From Chrysomallon squamiferum (taxonomy: Eukaryota > Animalia > Mollusca), in contig CM022672.1 of assembly GCA_012295275.1 (NCBI GenBank), positions 9,052,001 through 9,116,000 on the forward strand: 64,000 nt of DNA. Direction: 5' to 3'. The translations under genes and the position numbers were made by a program. The notes beneath the pieces are model-generated. The model saw only the letters and a list, made by a program, of their open reading frames with translations, ran no database searches and had not been told where the DNA came from. Positions 12,638 through 26,896 of the stretch are shown here, one piece after another; position 1 is the first letter of the stretch, and every line of letters begins with the position of its first letter.

Positions 12638-12964
12638 GCTGTTTTTCTTTTCAGTAATACTAAGTCAAACGTGAACTTTTCGTTTAACAGTACTTTGGCA
12701 ACCCGTCACTCTAAAATCATGAAATCATTTGATACTCTAGAATTTCAGAACAAAGGAAATAAAGCCTACCAATTTACGTCTAATTATCTTGTTAGTGTAG
12801 ATATATAAGTCGTGATTTTCATTCCTCAGACACATTTTTCATTATCGATCACTATCACCGAGTCACTCAAGAAATCATTGACTTGGGTATCGATTGCAGT
12901 TGTCTTGATGTGATACGGTTGTCAGATCAATTTTCATTAATTCTTTTGTCGTGCTTTTTTATTT

Positions 12965-13020
<56 letters not shown>

Positions 13021-13098
13021 TGTATGTATGTATGTATGTATATGTATATATATATATGTATTTATATATATATGTATATATATGTATGTATGTATATA

Positions 13099-13141
<43 letters not shown>

Positions 13142-13148
13142 ATGTGTG

Positions 13149-13197
<49 letters not shown>
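12965..13197. repeat. Compound (TA)/(TATG)/(TG) microsatellite
   Basis: Visible runs; source of spurious ORFs between 12883 and 13385. Confidence 0.95.
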
Positions 13198-13199
<2 letters not shown>

Positions 13200-13437
13200 T
13201 ATTTTGTTGAAAATCGAAGGAATGATCATTTGGTTTTTTTTAAGTGACAGTGGATTGAAAAATGATAAAAAGTCATTCCTCATTGCTGAAGCACTCGGCC
13301 AGTCATACACGTGCTCACAGCGATGAGCGTAAACTGGGATTAACTGGGAAAGGAATGTAGTGAGATTTAAAAAACAAACAAACAAACAAAAAAACTAAAT
13401 AAATATGTAAATTATTATTATTTACTGGGGTTCCGAT

Positions 13438-13470
<33 letters not shown>

Positions 13471-13549
13471 AAATCCAGCATATTGAAAAGGTAACATATG
13501 AGAGCAGCTTGGTCGCGACGAAGTTACAAAGAAAATGTAGTTACCTCCC

Positions 13550-13586
<37 letters not shown>

Positions 13587-16500
13587 TAAAAAAAAAGTAA
13601 AGAAATAAATCTATCTTTCTCTATCTACAAGACAAATAATCTTTCTATATACTGCTTCGTTTAAAGCGCCTTTCCTTGTTATTAATATTCTCTAATTGCA
13701 TCTTCGTAAAATCTGTGGAATTCGAAATAGGAAGCATTGTTAAAATGAAAATGTGGTTATCTTTCTTATTTTCTATGACACTAATTTCTCTCTATATATA
13801 ATCGTATGAAAAATAAAACGCCATATTATTACTGGAATAAACAATCATTAACTATACATTTTTATATACTTACTAGAACAGCTTTGAATATTTAATTCAT
13901 ACTAACTGTAGCCTGTAAACAGAGTTTGAAAAAAAAAAAAAGAAGGCTAATAAAATTGAATGCACAATAAAGTATTGTACCCTTATTAGAACAGTTTTGA
14001 ATATTTTATAAGCGTTTTTAGAGTAACCGTTAATGTGTTTGAAAAACAACGAAATAAGATGTAAACAACTTTATAATACAGTTCTGTATACTTACTAGTC
14101 AGGTCTGCATACAGTACTTTACTTTATAACTGTACTGCCGTTATGGGGGTTAACTGTAAGTGTTCATTATTTCTTTGCTAATATATTTTGCGCCGAATAA
14201 CATCAATCCGCCAAATCATTGTAATAAAGAACTAACAAGGTACATAGATCGGATCCTCAAATTGGTTTAATATTATTAATAATTCGTTCGTACATTCTGG
14301 GTTTTCTTAAATTGTTTTTCATCATCACAGGAGTAAATTAGTTTCTTAAGATGTGGAATTAACCCGGTTAATAAACTGTAAGATCACAGCACGGCTTGGG
14401 TTTACTTAAATAATGCACAGAAGGGAGTAGAAAAGTACATTAATGTGTCTGGAAATCGCACAGGAAACAACGTAGGTAAGAGAAGTATCAGTAATAGAAC
14501 TGATGTGAAGTGAATTTTTCTTAGAAGTCTTTGGCAGTAAACGATAAACGATAAATTCACACTAACATAATTTAAGAAATGGTTTTTTGTTCCTGTTTTT
14601 TTGTAATTATATTTTATGGCTGTTTCCATTGTTAGTGTTTTTTTGTTGTTGTTTTTTTTTTTTTTTTTTTTTTTTAGGATTAAACGCAATTTTCATTTAT
14701 AACATTTTAGTGTAAATCAGTAACATATGAAATGTGTAAGCTAATTAATTCTAAATGGCATGGTATCTCTAAAATGTGTTTTATATTTTCTAGTGTAATC
14801 AGGAAATCTTAGAATCACGCCACTAACATTCTCTGTATTTTTGTATTTATTTAGAAAACAAATAAAAAATAAAAAACAGACAAAAAGTTTGATAGCTATA
14901 ATAAAATCAATAAAAATTAATTTAGAAGTAGCCAAATAAACTCTATTATAATAATAATTATATTGCGTCTAGACGTTAATGTTAACTGGAAACAAATTTA
15001 CAGGCTGTACAGACACACGCTGTGTGATTTCGGAATCGTTTGGAATTCTCTCATCGTTATTTTTTTTATTCAGTCTCTGTTTGCTCTTGGTTTCAGCGTA
15101 ACATTCAAAACATTGAATAGTGGCTATTGATGGTACAAGTCAATTACTGCTGTTTATCTAAGTGATTTTAATTTAATGGCTGTTCTAAGCAAAAATAGTT
15201 TATTTCAGAAAACAGCATGAGGTTCAAGATTCACCTTAAATAACAATAACAATGACATCAGCAATAACAGAAAGATGAAAATTAAATTAAATTAATAATT
15301 AAGAAGAATATGAACAAATAAACAAGCAAATAAATGAAACCAAGCAATACATTTTTAAAAAAATTTTTTTTTAAAAAGGAAGAAAGAAGAATGAAATAAA
15401 TAAATAAAAGAAAGCAATATACGAAAACGGCACCTCATAAAAAAGAGATAGAGTTGAAAAACTAAATTTATTGCCGAATAGTTAAAATAACATCGAAAAC
15501 AGGCCGGAAAAAAACACAACTACAACAAAATAACAAAAGAAACCTAGCAGCAACAAAACACCAACCAACCAAACAAACAAACAAAAACCCAACATACAAC
15601 AGCAACAAGAAAAAATAAGAATAAAAAAATATAAAATAAATAAATAAAAATAAATAAAAATTTAAACAATTAAAAAAAAAATGTTTTTCTTTTCAAGTGT
15701 ATTTCAAATAATGAATCACGAAAGAAAGAAAGCGTAATATGACTAGCAACCAAGAACGACTGAAAATAAAATAACATGAAATAATATAAAATAATTATAA
15801 ATAAAATGAAGAAATTATAATTAAGAAAGAAACAATATTTTAAAATAAATCACAAATAAATAAATAAATAATAAATGATAAATAGAATTAATGAATAATA
15901 ATAAAGTAATAATAATAATAATAAAAATAACAAATTAATAAATAAATAAAAAATGAATGAATAAATGAATAAATAATAATTGTAAGCAATTAATATTTTA
16001 TTTTAATCAGATAAATACGTTTTAATTTAAGATATATAATTTTTTTTATTAATATCATCCACTGTCCACAATTTTGTTTCAGAAATAAATATACATTTTA
16101 TTCACATATTCATTGTTCTAAACGTGTTTGCCATTTAGTTAAGAAAAGCATACGCATTGTCCAAAATATAGCAGTGATAAAATAATGGTAAATTACTTCA
16201 CAAATCTGATCGCGATTTAACAGTAGTAAATAAAAATCGCTAAAAACAATATGTCTGTTCATACGTCTCTATTCGTTTGTGGTTATTAATTATTTTTCAT
16301 TATTTCACAACTCAGATACAAACGTATTCTTCTGTATTTCTGCAGCTCAGTTTAATGCTGAAATGTCTCTGTACGTTTATTAACGTTTTGTATACCGCTG
16401 TTCACATTTATAAATCTAATCGTTTCTGTTATTATACAGTCAGATGCTTCTGTAGCCCGGTATTTTGTTTAGATTAGATTTATTCGTCTGTGTATTGGTG

Positions 16501-16870
16501 AGTGAAATAGTTTCACCATTGAGATTCTTGAATGATGTAAATGCGTCTTTGTATCTATGTATGTATGTAAGTGTGTGTGTATGTGTCTGTGGGTATAGAT
16601 GGTGTATATATGTCTTTAGGAATGAATATGTTCTGCTTTGCTTACGTCTTATCAGACAATAATCGGGAACGACACTCGCATACGAGGACAAAGTCTAATC
16701 ACGACCTCACAAACGTTGACGAGAATGAAATCTGTTTACCTCTGTATACATGTATGTGTGTATGTAAGTATGTATGTATGTATGGATGTATGTACGTAGG
16801 CTATTTATCATTATACACACACATGAATATTACATATTTACTTATTATTATACTGAAATAATAATAATAA

Positions 16871-16901
<31 letters not shown>

Positions 16902-17192
16902 AATAATAGTAATAATAATAATAAAAGCAATAACGTAGAATAACATCAAAATAATATACAAAACAGAAGAGAAAGGTGAATCTCTTTTTGAAATCTAAAA
17001 CTCTATTTTATACGTTTGATATATGTAACAAAACACATTATATTTAACGACAATGGCCTTTTTTTATATATATATATATATATATGAAACCAGCTTTCTG
17101 AAATCATTTTTCATCCTCTACCAGTAAATACGCTTTCTGATCGATTTTTCTGAAAACTTCCGGTATCAAGCTTATTTTCTAATTCATTTAAT

Positions 17193-17238
17193 AAAAGATC
17201 ATTAACAAAAGATCATTAACAAAAGATCATTAACAAAA
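17193..17238. repeat. 14-bp tandem repeat, about 3 copies (aaaagatcattaac)
   Basis: Three exact consecutive copies. Confidence 0.9.
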
Positions 17239-17372
17239 GGCTATTTTCCAATTTCATTTAATAACAGGTCATTAATATAAGTTTTTCGGGATTTTCATTT
17301 TTTAAATAGAGTTTTAAAGTCATATTCTACGCATTATGTACTGCAGATGAAGATGAATTCTTTGTGACTAGA

Positions 17373-17442
17373 TTAGTTTGAACAGTGAAATCTATTAGCT
17401 CTTAGTTTGGACAGTGAGATTTAGTAGCTCTTAGTTTGGACA
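17373..17442. repeat. 29-bp tandem repeat, about 2.4 copies
   Basis: Unit ttagtttg(a/g)acagtga(a/g)at.ta.tagctc repeated. Confidence 0.85.
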
Positions 17443-17943
17443 CGAGGGAAAACTGTCATCGACTGGTGAATATCATTAAGTAAAATCCAAAGATAATTTT
17501 TTGTTTTATAAAAGTATAGAAATACAATAACTATTTATTTATCTTTCCCTGTTTTTTTTTTTTAAATCAACATATATACATATAGAAGGACAGACAGACA
17601 GACAAACATACCCGCATACACATATACATCAACTTACATATAAAAACATATAACAATCTAAATATTATAAAAAATTGTATGTCTGCATCTTCCTAATACT
17701 CTTATTCGTAATCTTTAGATGAATACAATACCTTCCTGTTATACTGTACACTCATGTGGTTTAAGAAAAATTGAGATTAAAACGGTCTGAGAAAAAAAAA
17801 AGAAAAAAAAAAGGAAGTTACTGGCGAGTTTCTAATAAACCATTAATCGATTGAACGGTTCTCAGCACTATATAATGGTTGTAAGAAAAGTAAGTGTATC
17901 TTCGCTGTGCATGTTCCTCGGCTTTTAACGTGAAGCAGTTACA

Positions 17944-17986
<43 letters not shown>

Positions 17987-18062
17987 TTTTATTCGTTTTT
18001 TTGGATTTGTTAATTTTTGTTTTTTGTAATCTCTTCCCAGGGCTGATTTGATTGTCTAAGTG

Positions 18063-19259
18063 ATGGATACCAAGATGAACGGAACAAGTTCAAATTCGAC
18101 AGCCTGGATTAACAACCTGTTTCAACCATCGTTATCAGTGTCTTTGTTTTTAACAACTTTGTTTTTGGTAGCACTTTCCGAAAACGTGGCTACTTGTATA
18201 TTAATTGTGAGGAGGAAAGTTATGAATAAGTATTCAATCTACGTGGCAATGATATCATTATCGATAAGCGATAGTTTTCTTTGTTTCAACGGTCTTGTCA
18301 ACATGATTATAGTTTATTACATGATCTTAAAATCTCCGGAGAATATGAATCCAGTCGTGTGCACCATCGTTCTTTTTATCAACCTGTATGCGGTTTTGAT
18401 CACCACTAGTCAACTGCTGTTGATAAGCTGCATGCGAGCCATTTCAATTTACAACATTAAGAACAATTCTAGTCTCTCAAGACTGTTTACAAAACGAAAC
18501 ACTTTCATCTGTGTTGTCTTAATGTGGACTCTTCTAACTTCTGGCAGTGCCATTACTATGGTTATTGACAGAACTGTGTACGATGCAAATCCTCAGTTCT
18601 GTCGGTTTAGATCTATATTTGCTTTACTTGGGACAACAACTCGCTATTTCCTAATCATGACAGCATCTAACTATTCGTTTTGCTTGTTGTCCTACATTTT
18701 TTCTATTTACAAAATGATTTTGTTATATAGCATGAGTAAAAAGGTGGACGTTAATTCATCTACGCAACTGAAAAGTATTCACGATAATACAGAAGCTGCT
18801 TGCAGTTTACCGTACACGATAGCCAGTGTTTGTGAAATGGAACAAAACCAGACCACTTTTTATCAGCCGGACAATTCTACTGACTGTTCAAAATCAAATG
18901 GTATCGTCGAGTACAACAAGACGTTCAACAAATTAGGAAATCGTACCAACGACAACAGCTTGTGTATTAATGTCTCTGTTCCACGCCGCAAACCTCCTAA
19001 ACGTCAGTCTAAAGAACTTGTTGCCACCGTCATTGTCGGTGTTCTTGTTGCAACGCATTCGGCAACCATCGTTCCTTGGATAATTCAACTCGGACGAACG
19101 ATCGCAAACCCCGAGTCCACGGAAGATGTTTTGAAAACTATCCTGTTTTCTACACTCAATGCCTTAGCAGACCCATTGATTTTCATTCTGTCTTTGCCAC
19201 ATTTGCGAGAAAAAATCTTGGGACCTTGTTCAAAGAAATGTTCATGCAATGGAAATTGA
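18063..19259 (+). CDS. Class A GPCR copy 4, intact, 398 aa
   Basis: Same 7TM motif set (SENVAT, SLSISD, CMRAISIY, THSATIVPW, ADPLIF) with a divergent ICL3; acceptor-like ctcttcccAG at 18039-18040 just upstream of the ATG. Confidence 0.93.
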   Translation: MDTKMNGTSSNSTAWINNLFQPSLSVSLFLTTLFLVALSENVATCILIVRRKVMNKYSIYVAMISLSISDSFLCFNGLVNMIIVYYMILKSPENMNPVVCTIVLFINLYAVLITTSQLLLISCMRAISIYNIKNNSSLSRLFTKRNTFICVVLMWTLLTSGSAITMVIDRTVYDANPQFCRFRSIFALLGTTTRYFLIMTASNYSFCLLSYIFSIYKMILLYSMSKKVDVNSSTQLKSIHDNTEAACSLPYTIASVCEMEQNQTTFYQPDNSTDCSKSNGIVEYNKTFNKLGNRTNDNSLCINVSVPRRKPPKRQSKELVATVIVGVLVATHSATIVPWIIQLGRTIANPESTEDVLKTILFSTLNALADPLIFILSLPHLREKILGPCSKKCSCNGN

Positions 19260-21519
19260 AAGACAACGTTATCGTTTTCATACATGAAGTTAAAAGATAG
19301 AGCCATAGTGTTTAAATGAATTTCTAATTCAAAAATATATTTTATTTTTTTTTACAGTTGTTATATCATTTTTGCCATGTTTGACTGAATAATTCCTAAG
19401 ATATATTAATGTAATAATTCTGCTGTTGGGTAATTTCTGAAAATATCAAGAGATAAATGTGAATTTAAGCATTAAATAGTTGTCTGTTTGTAATTTATAT
19501 AATTGACAAACTAAAATTAATATTCTGTTTTTCAGTATCAATGTAGTAGAGTTCACTTTCGTTTTTTTCTGACAGGAATTAAAGTATCAACTTTAACGAA
19601 ACCTTCAAACAACTTTTATACATTTGTGTATGTCCTGATCATTATTTTATTTGTTATTTGCGATCAGTCTCAAAGTATTAGTAGTAAAACATAGCAAAAC
19701 AAATAACATCCTTGAGATAATTAGATTTCAATTTATTTATTTATTTGTACACAGAAACTGATACAAGATTGATAAACAAAGCAGTTTTGTTTTCTCGATT
19801 TGTTTTTCTTAAAATGTTATTGCAAAAGTTGTGTTTGATAGTGGGTGTTACCAAGGTTAATAAAAACAATATTATTTATTTGTACAAATATTCATATTCG
19901 TTATTCCTCATGCAAATCTAATGATTTCGTGTACGATTAAATTATTTTTTAAATATTTATGACTCTATACTTTGAATCAAACATTAAGTCGCATTGAAGG
20001 TATACTGAATTGTGCAAGTTTTCACATTCTTTTTATAATAAGAATCGTTTTCGTGCCATTCCAATCTTCGTAGGTTGTGTGGTTTCTAATTCAGTCTTAG
20101 TTAAAATCATGGAAAGTCCGAAGAAACCATAACTAACCTCTGCAGTGATGAACTCAAAATAGTGAATCAAGTGTATCTTTCGCGTTATGAAGTCATGATG
20201 TTTTACAACTGCATAACTGTGTTTTAATGATGGGTTAAAATAATACGTCTTAATTTCTAAATCGCTGTGCAGGATTACAAGCGTCAGATACCATTTTTCT
20301 CACAATATTTTTATACAGTTTTTAAAACGTATTTTTTCAGTAAGGATGGAAATCAGTACCTAGGAATTTGACAAAATATATTTATTTAATACCTATCTTT
20401 CTGTCTGTCTACTTATCTAACTACCTACATATCTACCTATCTATTTACCTATATATATAAATACATATATATATATATATAAGTAGACACACTTACACAC
20501 ACATGTGTATAAATTAAATTAAAAAATAAATTAAAATAATAACAACAATAATAATAATACATGAAAATGTGAAAAATATATATTATTAAAAAAAAAAAAA
20601 AAAAAAGAAATAAAATTAAAATATAAAAATAAAATAAAATAAATAAGTAAATAAATAGAAACACATAAAGAAAAAGTTAAATGGAAAAAACAGGAAGACA
20701 ATAAGAAGAAGTAGAAAAAGAAGAAGACTAATCTTCAATATCAGGGAGTGATTTTACAAAGCGTGTTCTACGTATCATAAATTAACATCTCCTTGTCAAC
20801 AGTGTCTAATGTACTGAAGTGCTGTTTTAAAAATAATTACTAAATCACATTTCTTAATGCTGTTTTTTCGTGACTTTTCTGTGTGCCGTTTGATGATTAT
20901 GATTAAAAACTGAACAATAAGCCTGTAAAACAGCAATACCTTTTTATTCAGTACGAAAATTTTAATTACATTTTTTTTATCTGTTAGCAAATGATGTAGA
21001 TTATTTAATTTAATTTTATGTTATACAAAATTTGTTTACTGATTTTAATTATTTAAATAATTATTTGTTTATTATATATATATATATATGGTTATGAATT
21101 ACGTTGATGTTGTTGGAAGTATTCGGTGCTGCAAGCTTGATATTTCTGTTATATTATTGTTTACTAATTTTAGTATCATATATATTTATGTATGTCTAAC
21201 AAAGTAAAATAAAATCATGGATAGATAGACAGATAGATAGATAAATAAATAAATAAATAATTAATAAAATAAAATAAAATAAAATAAAATAAACTGAATA
21301 AATAAATACAAAAGCATATATAACTAACTAAATAAAACAAAATGTAATAAATAAAATTGTTAGAATTAATAAAAATATACACAAATACATCTATATATCT
21401 GTATATATATACTATTTTCAGAGAAGCACAGCCCTTTAAAATGTTCTATCTCGTGACCGGATTCTTATATCTAATTTCATCTATATGTTTGTTAATTTAA
21501 TTTAATTTAATTTAATTTG

Positions 21520-21666
<147 letters not shown>

Positions 21667-22198
21667 CATCAGTCTAGCTATCTATTTTATTTTATTTGAC
21701 ACCTCTGTCAATGATAACAAAATTAGTGAACACACACACACACACAGACACACAGCTTTTATATCTCACACAACACTTACAATTATTACTGAACGGCGAA
21801 CCAGTCTCGGAAATCAGTTAGAAAGCAGAAAAATACTACAACAACTACAGTAATAATTCACTGTAGACTCTCTGGTCTAAGCTGTGATTAATAACTGAAT
21901 GAGTCACAAAACAGTAGTTGGATATGAATGAATTAATATATTGCAGCAGCGTAACAAATGTTCTATGAATAAGTGTCATATCTGAAGCAAAGTTATTAAT
22001 TTTTATTACATGTATGTTAAAGGTCATGATGATGATGATAATAATAATAATATTAATATTAATAACAATAATATATATATATATATTTTTTTTTTTTTAA
22101 ATGCTGACGTATTATTTATCGGAACAGTTCTTTTGATAGTGATAAATACTTTTCTTTTCTTTCGTTTTTTTTTTATAATAAAGACAAATAAAATAAAA

Positions 22199-22249
<51 letters not shown>

Positions 22250-22635
22250 TGATAATATATCGGGTTATTGAGAAATCCCTTATTAGATGCTGTAATAACT
22301 TGACTGCAAGTCAGGCTAAAACTCATTATTAAACAAACACAGTACGTATATACGTATGAATATTCTCCTTCTTATGTATGTCTGATTAGACTCTGCACGT
22401 AGAAAGTATTCGAGAACGCACTGGCCCAGGAGGACAAAGTCCAGTATGTGTGTATGTATGTGTGTATGTTTTTAATGTCTGTATATTTGTATATGTATGT
22501 ATGTATGTTTATATATGTGTGCGTGTTTGTACCTATGTATGTATGTATGTGCAGATTGATGTATGTGTGTCTGTATGTAAATGAATATAAAAATAGATAT
22601 ATGTATGTGTGTTTACGTGTGGTTATATGTGTATG

Positions 22636-22689
<54 letters not shown>

Positions 22690-22726
22690 TATACTGTATA
22701 TATATACATACATACATATAAACGAG

Positions 22727-22770
22727 GGTTACTTCCCTTGCTGTGTAATCACAATGCAAGGGAAGTAACC
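22727..22770. other. 44-nt hairpin with a perfect 15-bp outer stem
   Basis: GGTTACTTCCCTTGC-tgtgtaatcacaat-GCAAGGGAAGTAACC, directly after a TATG/TG/CATA microsatellite tract. Confidence 0.8.
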
Positions 22771-23303
22771 GGCTGTTTGTCGTTTAATGACCCTACCCTT
22801 ATTGATTAGCTAAAACTAATATTTCATGTAACGCCTCATAGAGTAGAAAACACTTACAACTGTCTTTGATAAACTGGCTGTGTGGCTATTCTTTGAACGG
22901 AAACTAGCTGAATGGGAGCACAAAGAAATATTGATTTATAATCATCAAACTTCATAGCAGCGCTTTAATCACAGGCTAAAGTGAACTGCAGAGTAGGTAC
23001 AAGCTGGTGGTGTGTTCAGTAAAAAGTGTGAGCAGAAACTCGGTCAAGAACAAGGACACAAGAAGGAGAGATAGGAAAAAAATGGGGTCGCGTTCAAGTG
23101 AAAATAAAATTAAATGGAATTATTAAGTAAGTAAGTAATTAAGTTAGTAAATGAATAAATGAATGAATGAATGAACAAGTAAGTAGGTAAGAAAAAAAAA
23201 TAAAAATAATAAATTAAAATAGAATAAAATAAAATGAAATAAGAATGAGTTACCGAATGAAGAAATAACTAACTATATAAGATAAATAAATAAATTAACT
23301 AAG

Positions 23304-23346
<43 letters not shown>

Positions 23347-23462
23347 ATATAAATATAAATATGAATATTTTGACAAAAAAGGAAATTTCGTAAATAATTA
23401 AATAAAATGAAAATAACTGAACTGATCTGAAATGAACTAAAATAAAATAAAATAAAATAAAA

Positions 23463-23501
<39 letters not shown>

Positions 23502-24344
23502 ATATAAATAAACAAACAAGCATAGAAAACAGAAATCATCCAAAATCATCCAAGGGAAAAAAATATTAACAGGGTGAAAACAAAAATAAAAAAAATAAAA
23601 AATAAAGAGGAATGAAAAAAAAAAAAATGAATTAATTTTTTTGAACTAAACTGAACTAAACTAACTAATTAACTAACTAAATCAAATACATCAAAACGAA
23701 ATAAATAAATAAAAATCCCATTAAAGACTAAATAAATCAATAAAACAAGCGTCTGAACGAACAAAAAAAAAAAAAAAAAACAGAGACAAACTAACTAACA
23801 AACTAACCAAGAGACAGATAAATGAAAATTGAAGCAAAGTAATAATTAAACAAACAAAAAAGAAAATTTAAAGAACTGCTGATGATGAACATACAAAATA
23901 AAGTAAAACTTTGATAACAGATATTCTGTTGACGTCAAACAGAAAACCCGAGTAAATGTAATTAACACACATAACATGCTGTGAATTACCCACTTTTTGT
24001 CTAGTCTCGTAAATTCCGCATGTACTTTAATGAGCAACCTACTTTGTTAAGAATACTATGAACTAAATCAATAGCAGCAAATATTAAAGTGGCGCCTTAA
24101 TAAAAAAAACGTTTTATACAAATAATCTGGATTTTAAAAATCAAATACACTAACGAATAATAATAAAAGTGTGAGTATTTTAAAATACGTGTGATATAAA
24201 GGTGATATATATTTTCTTAATCAAATGTCGTTTAGTTAAAAGGCAGTGAATTAGGAAACTCCAAATCTGAAATCGTTATAATGACGAATAGTATCAGTAA
24301 TAACAAAGAATGAGAGAGTATGTGTATGAGAGAGAGATTAGAAC

Positions 24345-24379
24345 GTGTGTGTGTGTGTGCGTGTGTGTGTGTGTGTGAT

Positions 24380-24440
<61 letters not shown>
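24345..24440. repeat. (GT)n(GA)n microsatellite
   Basis: Visible runs. Confidence 0.95.
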
Positions 24441-24444
<4 letters not shown>

Positions 24445-24528
24445 TTGAATCAAAGAAATCTTTGTGTGTATATTATGTTCTAAGAACTCCTGTATTCATG
24501 AATAGCAATACTACTACTACTACTACTT

Positions 24529-24561
<33 letters not shown>

Positions 24562-25474
24562 ACAATAATAATAATACTAATGTTATATTGTAGTGCTATA
24601 ATATTAAAATAGTTTAAAAACATTTTTGGCATTTTAATGGATTTCAGACATCAGCAGACTCCTTCGTCCATGTGTCTGAAATCGATGCAAACCCCCACCC
24701 ATACACCAACACCAACACACACACACACACACTACATACACACACACACAAAAACACATGTAAAGACACACCCTCACTAACATATCAATGAAAAAAGCTT
24801 TGAAAGATCAAGTTATATGTATAAATTATAAATAATCAGCTGTGTTTAATACCTTACATATGACTTTGACTGATATTTTCGTAACACTCTGCGACAGAAA
24901 TAGTTCAAAATAATTTAGGTTTTCGTTAATCACTTTTACCGAGGAAATGACAATGAAATTATTGTCAGTCATTTATGAAGAACCATTCTGTCGCAAAGAG
25001 GAAGTATTACGTAAATATTTCTGTAAATGTTTGTTTATAATCTGCATGATCTGTGGATGTAATAAGAAAAAAGTTAGAAAATTGGTGCTTATCGCATTCT
25101 CTGACATGTATTAACTCAAAATTAATTCTTGTTTCCACTGAGATATTTAGACAGTCGTTAGTTTAATTAGAAATGTCATAACTGACACTTCAACTAATGA
25201 AGGTTAAGTAAGTGAATGCATTATAGAAGATTCGGAGACAGCTGGTCATTTCTGGCTTCTCCTACAGATAATATCAGAACTGTAACTCTGGTGATATGAA
25301 GAAATAGTCTCTATATTTTCTATATAATTCTGAGTTACATAATTTATTATTATTATTATTATTATTATTGTTATTTTCGTTCCAATCTTAGTTAATATCT
25401 AAGAATAATAACAAAAGGTACATATCTTGGTGTCGCCATTTTTCTGTAGTCGTGACGTCATCGCATACACTGTA

Positions 25475-25797
25475 CAGGTACCGGACCAATTATCCGGACT
25501 CCTTGGATTTTCTGCATTTTCCGGTTTTCTGGTACCATGGCATCTAAATACGTAAATAATTAGGCATGACAATTTTAAAATTAAAAACATAAATAAAAGT
25601 GGCGATACACAACTGTGGCGACTCGACACGTAAAACAATGCAGCGAGTGAATGAACGCCACGCGGCATGAAAGAGTAGTTCCGATCTTGTGAGGACAACA
25701 TCAGCGCGCGCGAACTATGAAAATAGCATCGGGAAAAAACTTCCGGTTTTCTGGTCTTTCTGGATCTCAGGACGCCGGATAATTGGTACGGTACCTG
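25475..25797. mobile_element. 323-bp MITE of Tc1/mariner-pogo type with TA target-site duplication
   Basis: TA|CAGGTACCGGACCAATTATCCGG ... CCGGATAATTGGTACGGTACCTG|TA: 23-bp TIR with one mismatch. Internal direct repeat ttccggttttctggt at ~25519 and 25741. Confidence 0.88.
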
Positions 25798-26819
25798 TAG
25801 ATTAATTTTCCTTCAGTTTTCTGCTGGCGTTGTTGAATAGTCTTCCATGCACGTCACGACTCGACTTCAGAAGAGCTAAAACGATGAGGATTAAATGGCT
25901 TGAAACAATTTTATTTTATTGTTTTAGTTTATTACAAGCAGTGATAAAATAATAATTTGAAATATGGAGAATTTTATTAGGCCATTATTTCTGACCAATA
26001 TCAAATAGAAACAAGGTATACTGCAAGACTGGGTGCCAAAGAATGACTTACCATTACCTTCTGAATATAGGTATATAACAACAGTCACTACAAAAACGAG
26101 GTTGATTTAGTGAGTCGTGTATCTATAATTATCTAGGAAAGTTTTTTTAAGAGATGTAATATACCATTATGTTGTGATAGAAATAAGTGCTAATATATAT
26201 AGCATGTTTAGTTACTGTTATTTGGTCACTCTTTTTTCTTTTCTAATTAAATATAGGAGACCTTAGAATATAATAACATACTTAGAAATATTTTTTTAAT
26301 TCAAAATCTCTCTCTCTCGCTCTCTCCTCCACTCTCGCCCTCGCTCTTTCTATTTCTTTCTTTCTATTCTGTCTATCACACACACTCTCTCTTTCTCACT
26401 CTCTCTGTATTTTTATGTTTATTAGTCACTCAAAAAGAAAAATACAAATGATAGAAACATTATTATATATCATGAATTAATAATGTTAAAGAAACTTCTA
26501 ACGGACTTTTCTGAACCCTGCTTTTAGGAAGTCACTCAGCTGCAACATAATTATCCATGATTTCTGACTTGGTATCTGAGAAATGTCAAAATAAACTTTG
26601 TGTAACAAGGTATATAAGTATTTGTATATCTGAGCAGTTTTAAAATACAACGTAGTCCCCGCAGAGTTACAAATGTCAGACCCATACATGTTCGAGAAGG
26701 AAATAGTATGTTTTTATATCTTTTGTATAACGACTTCTTCATAAAAGAGACATAAATCTGATCTTTATAATATAAAACATGTTTTCTTCTTTTTTCTATC
26801 ATCCTTAAATGGTTTAAAC

Positions 26820-26820
<1 letters not shown>

Positions 26821-26892
<72 letters not shown>
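26821..26892. repeat. (TC)n microsatellite
   Basis: Pure run. Confidence 0.95.
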
Positions 26893-26896
<4 letters not shown>

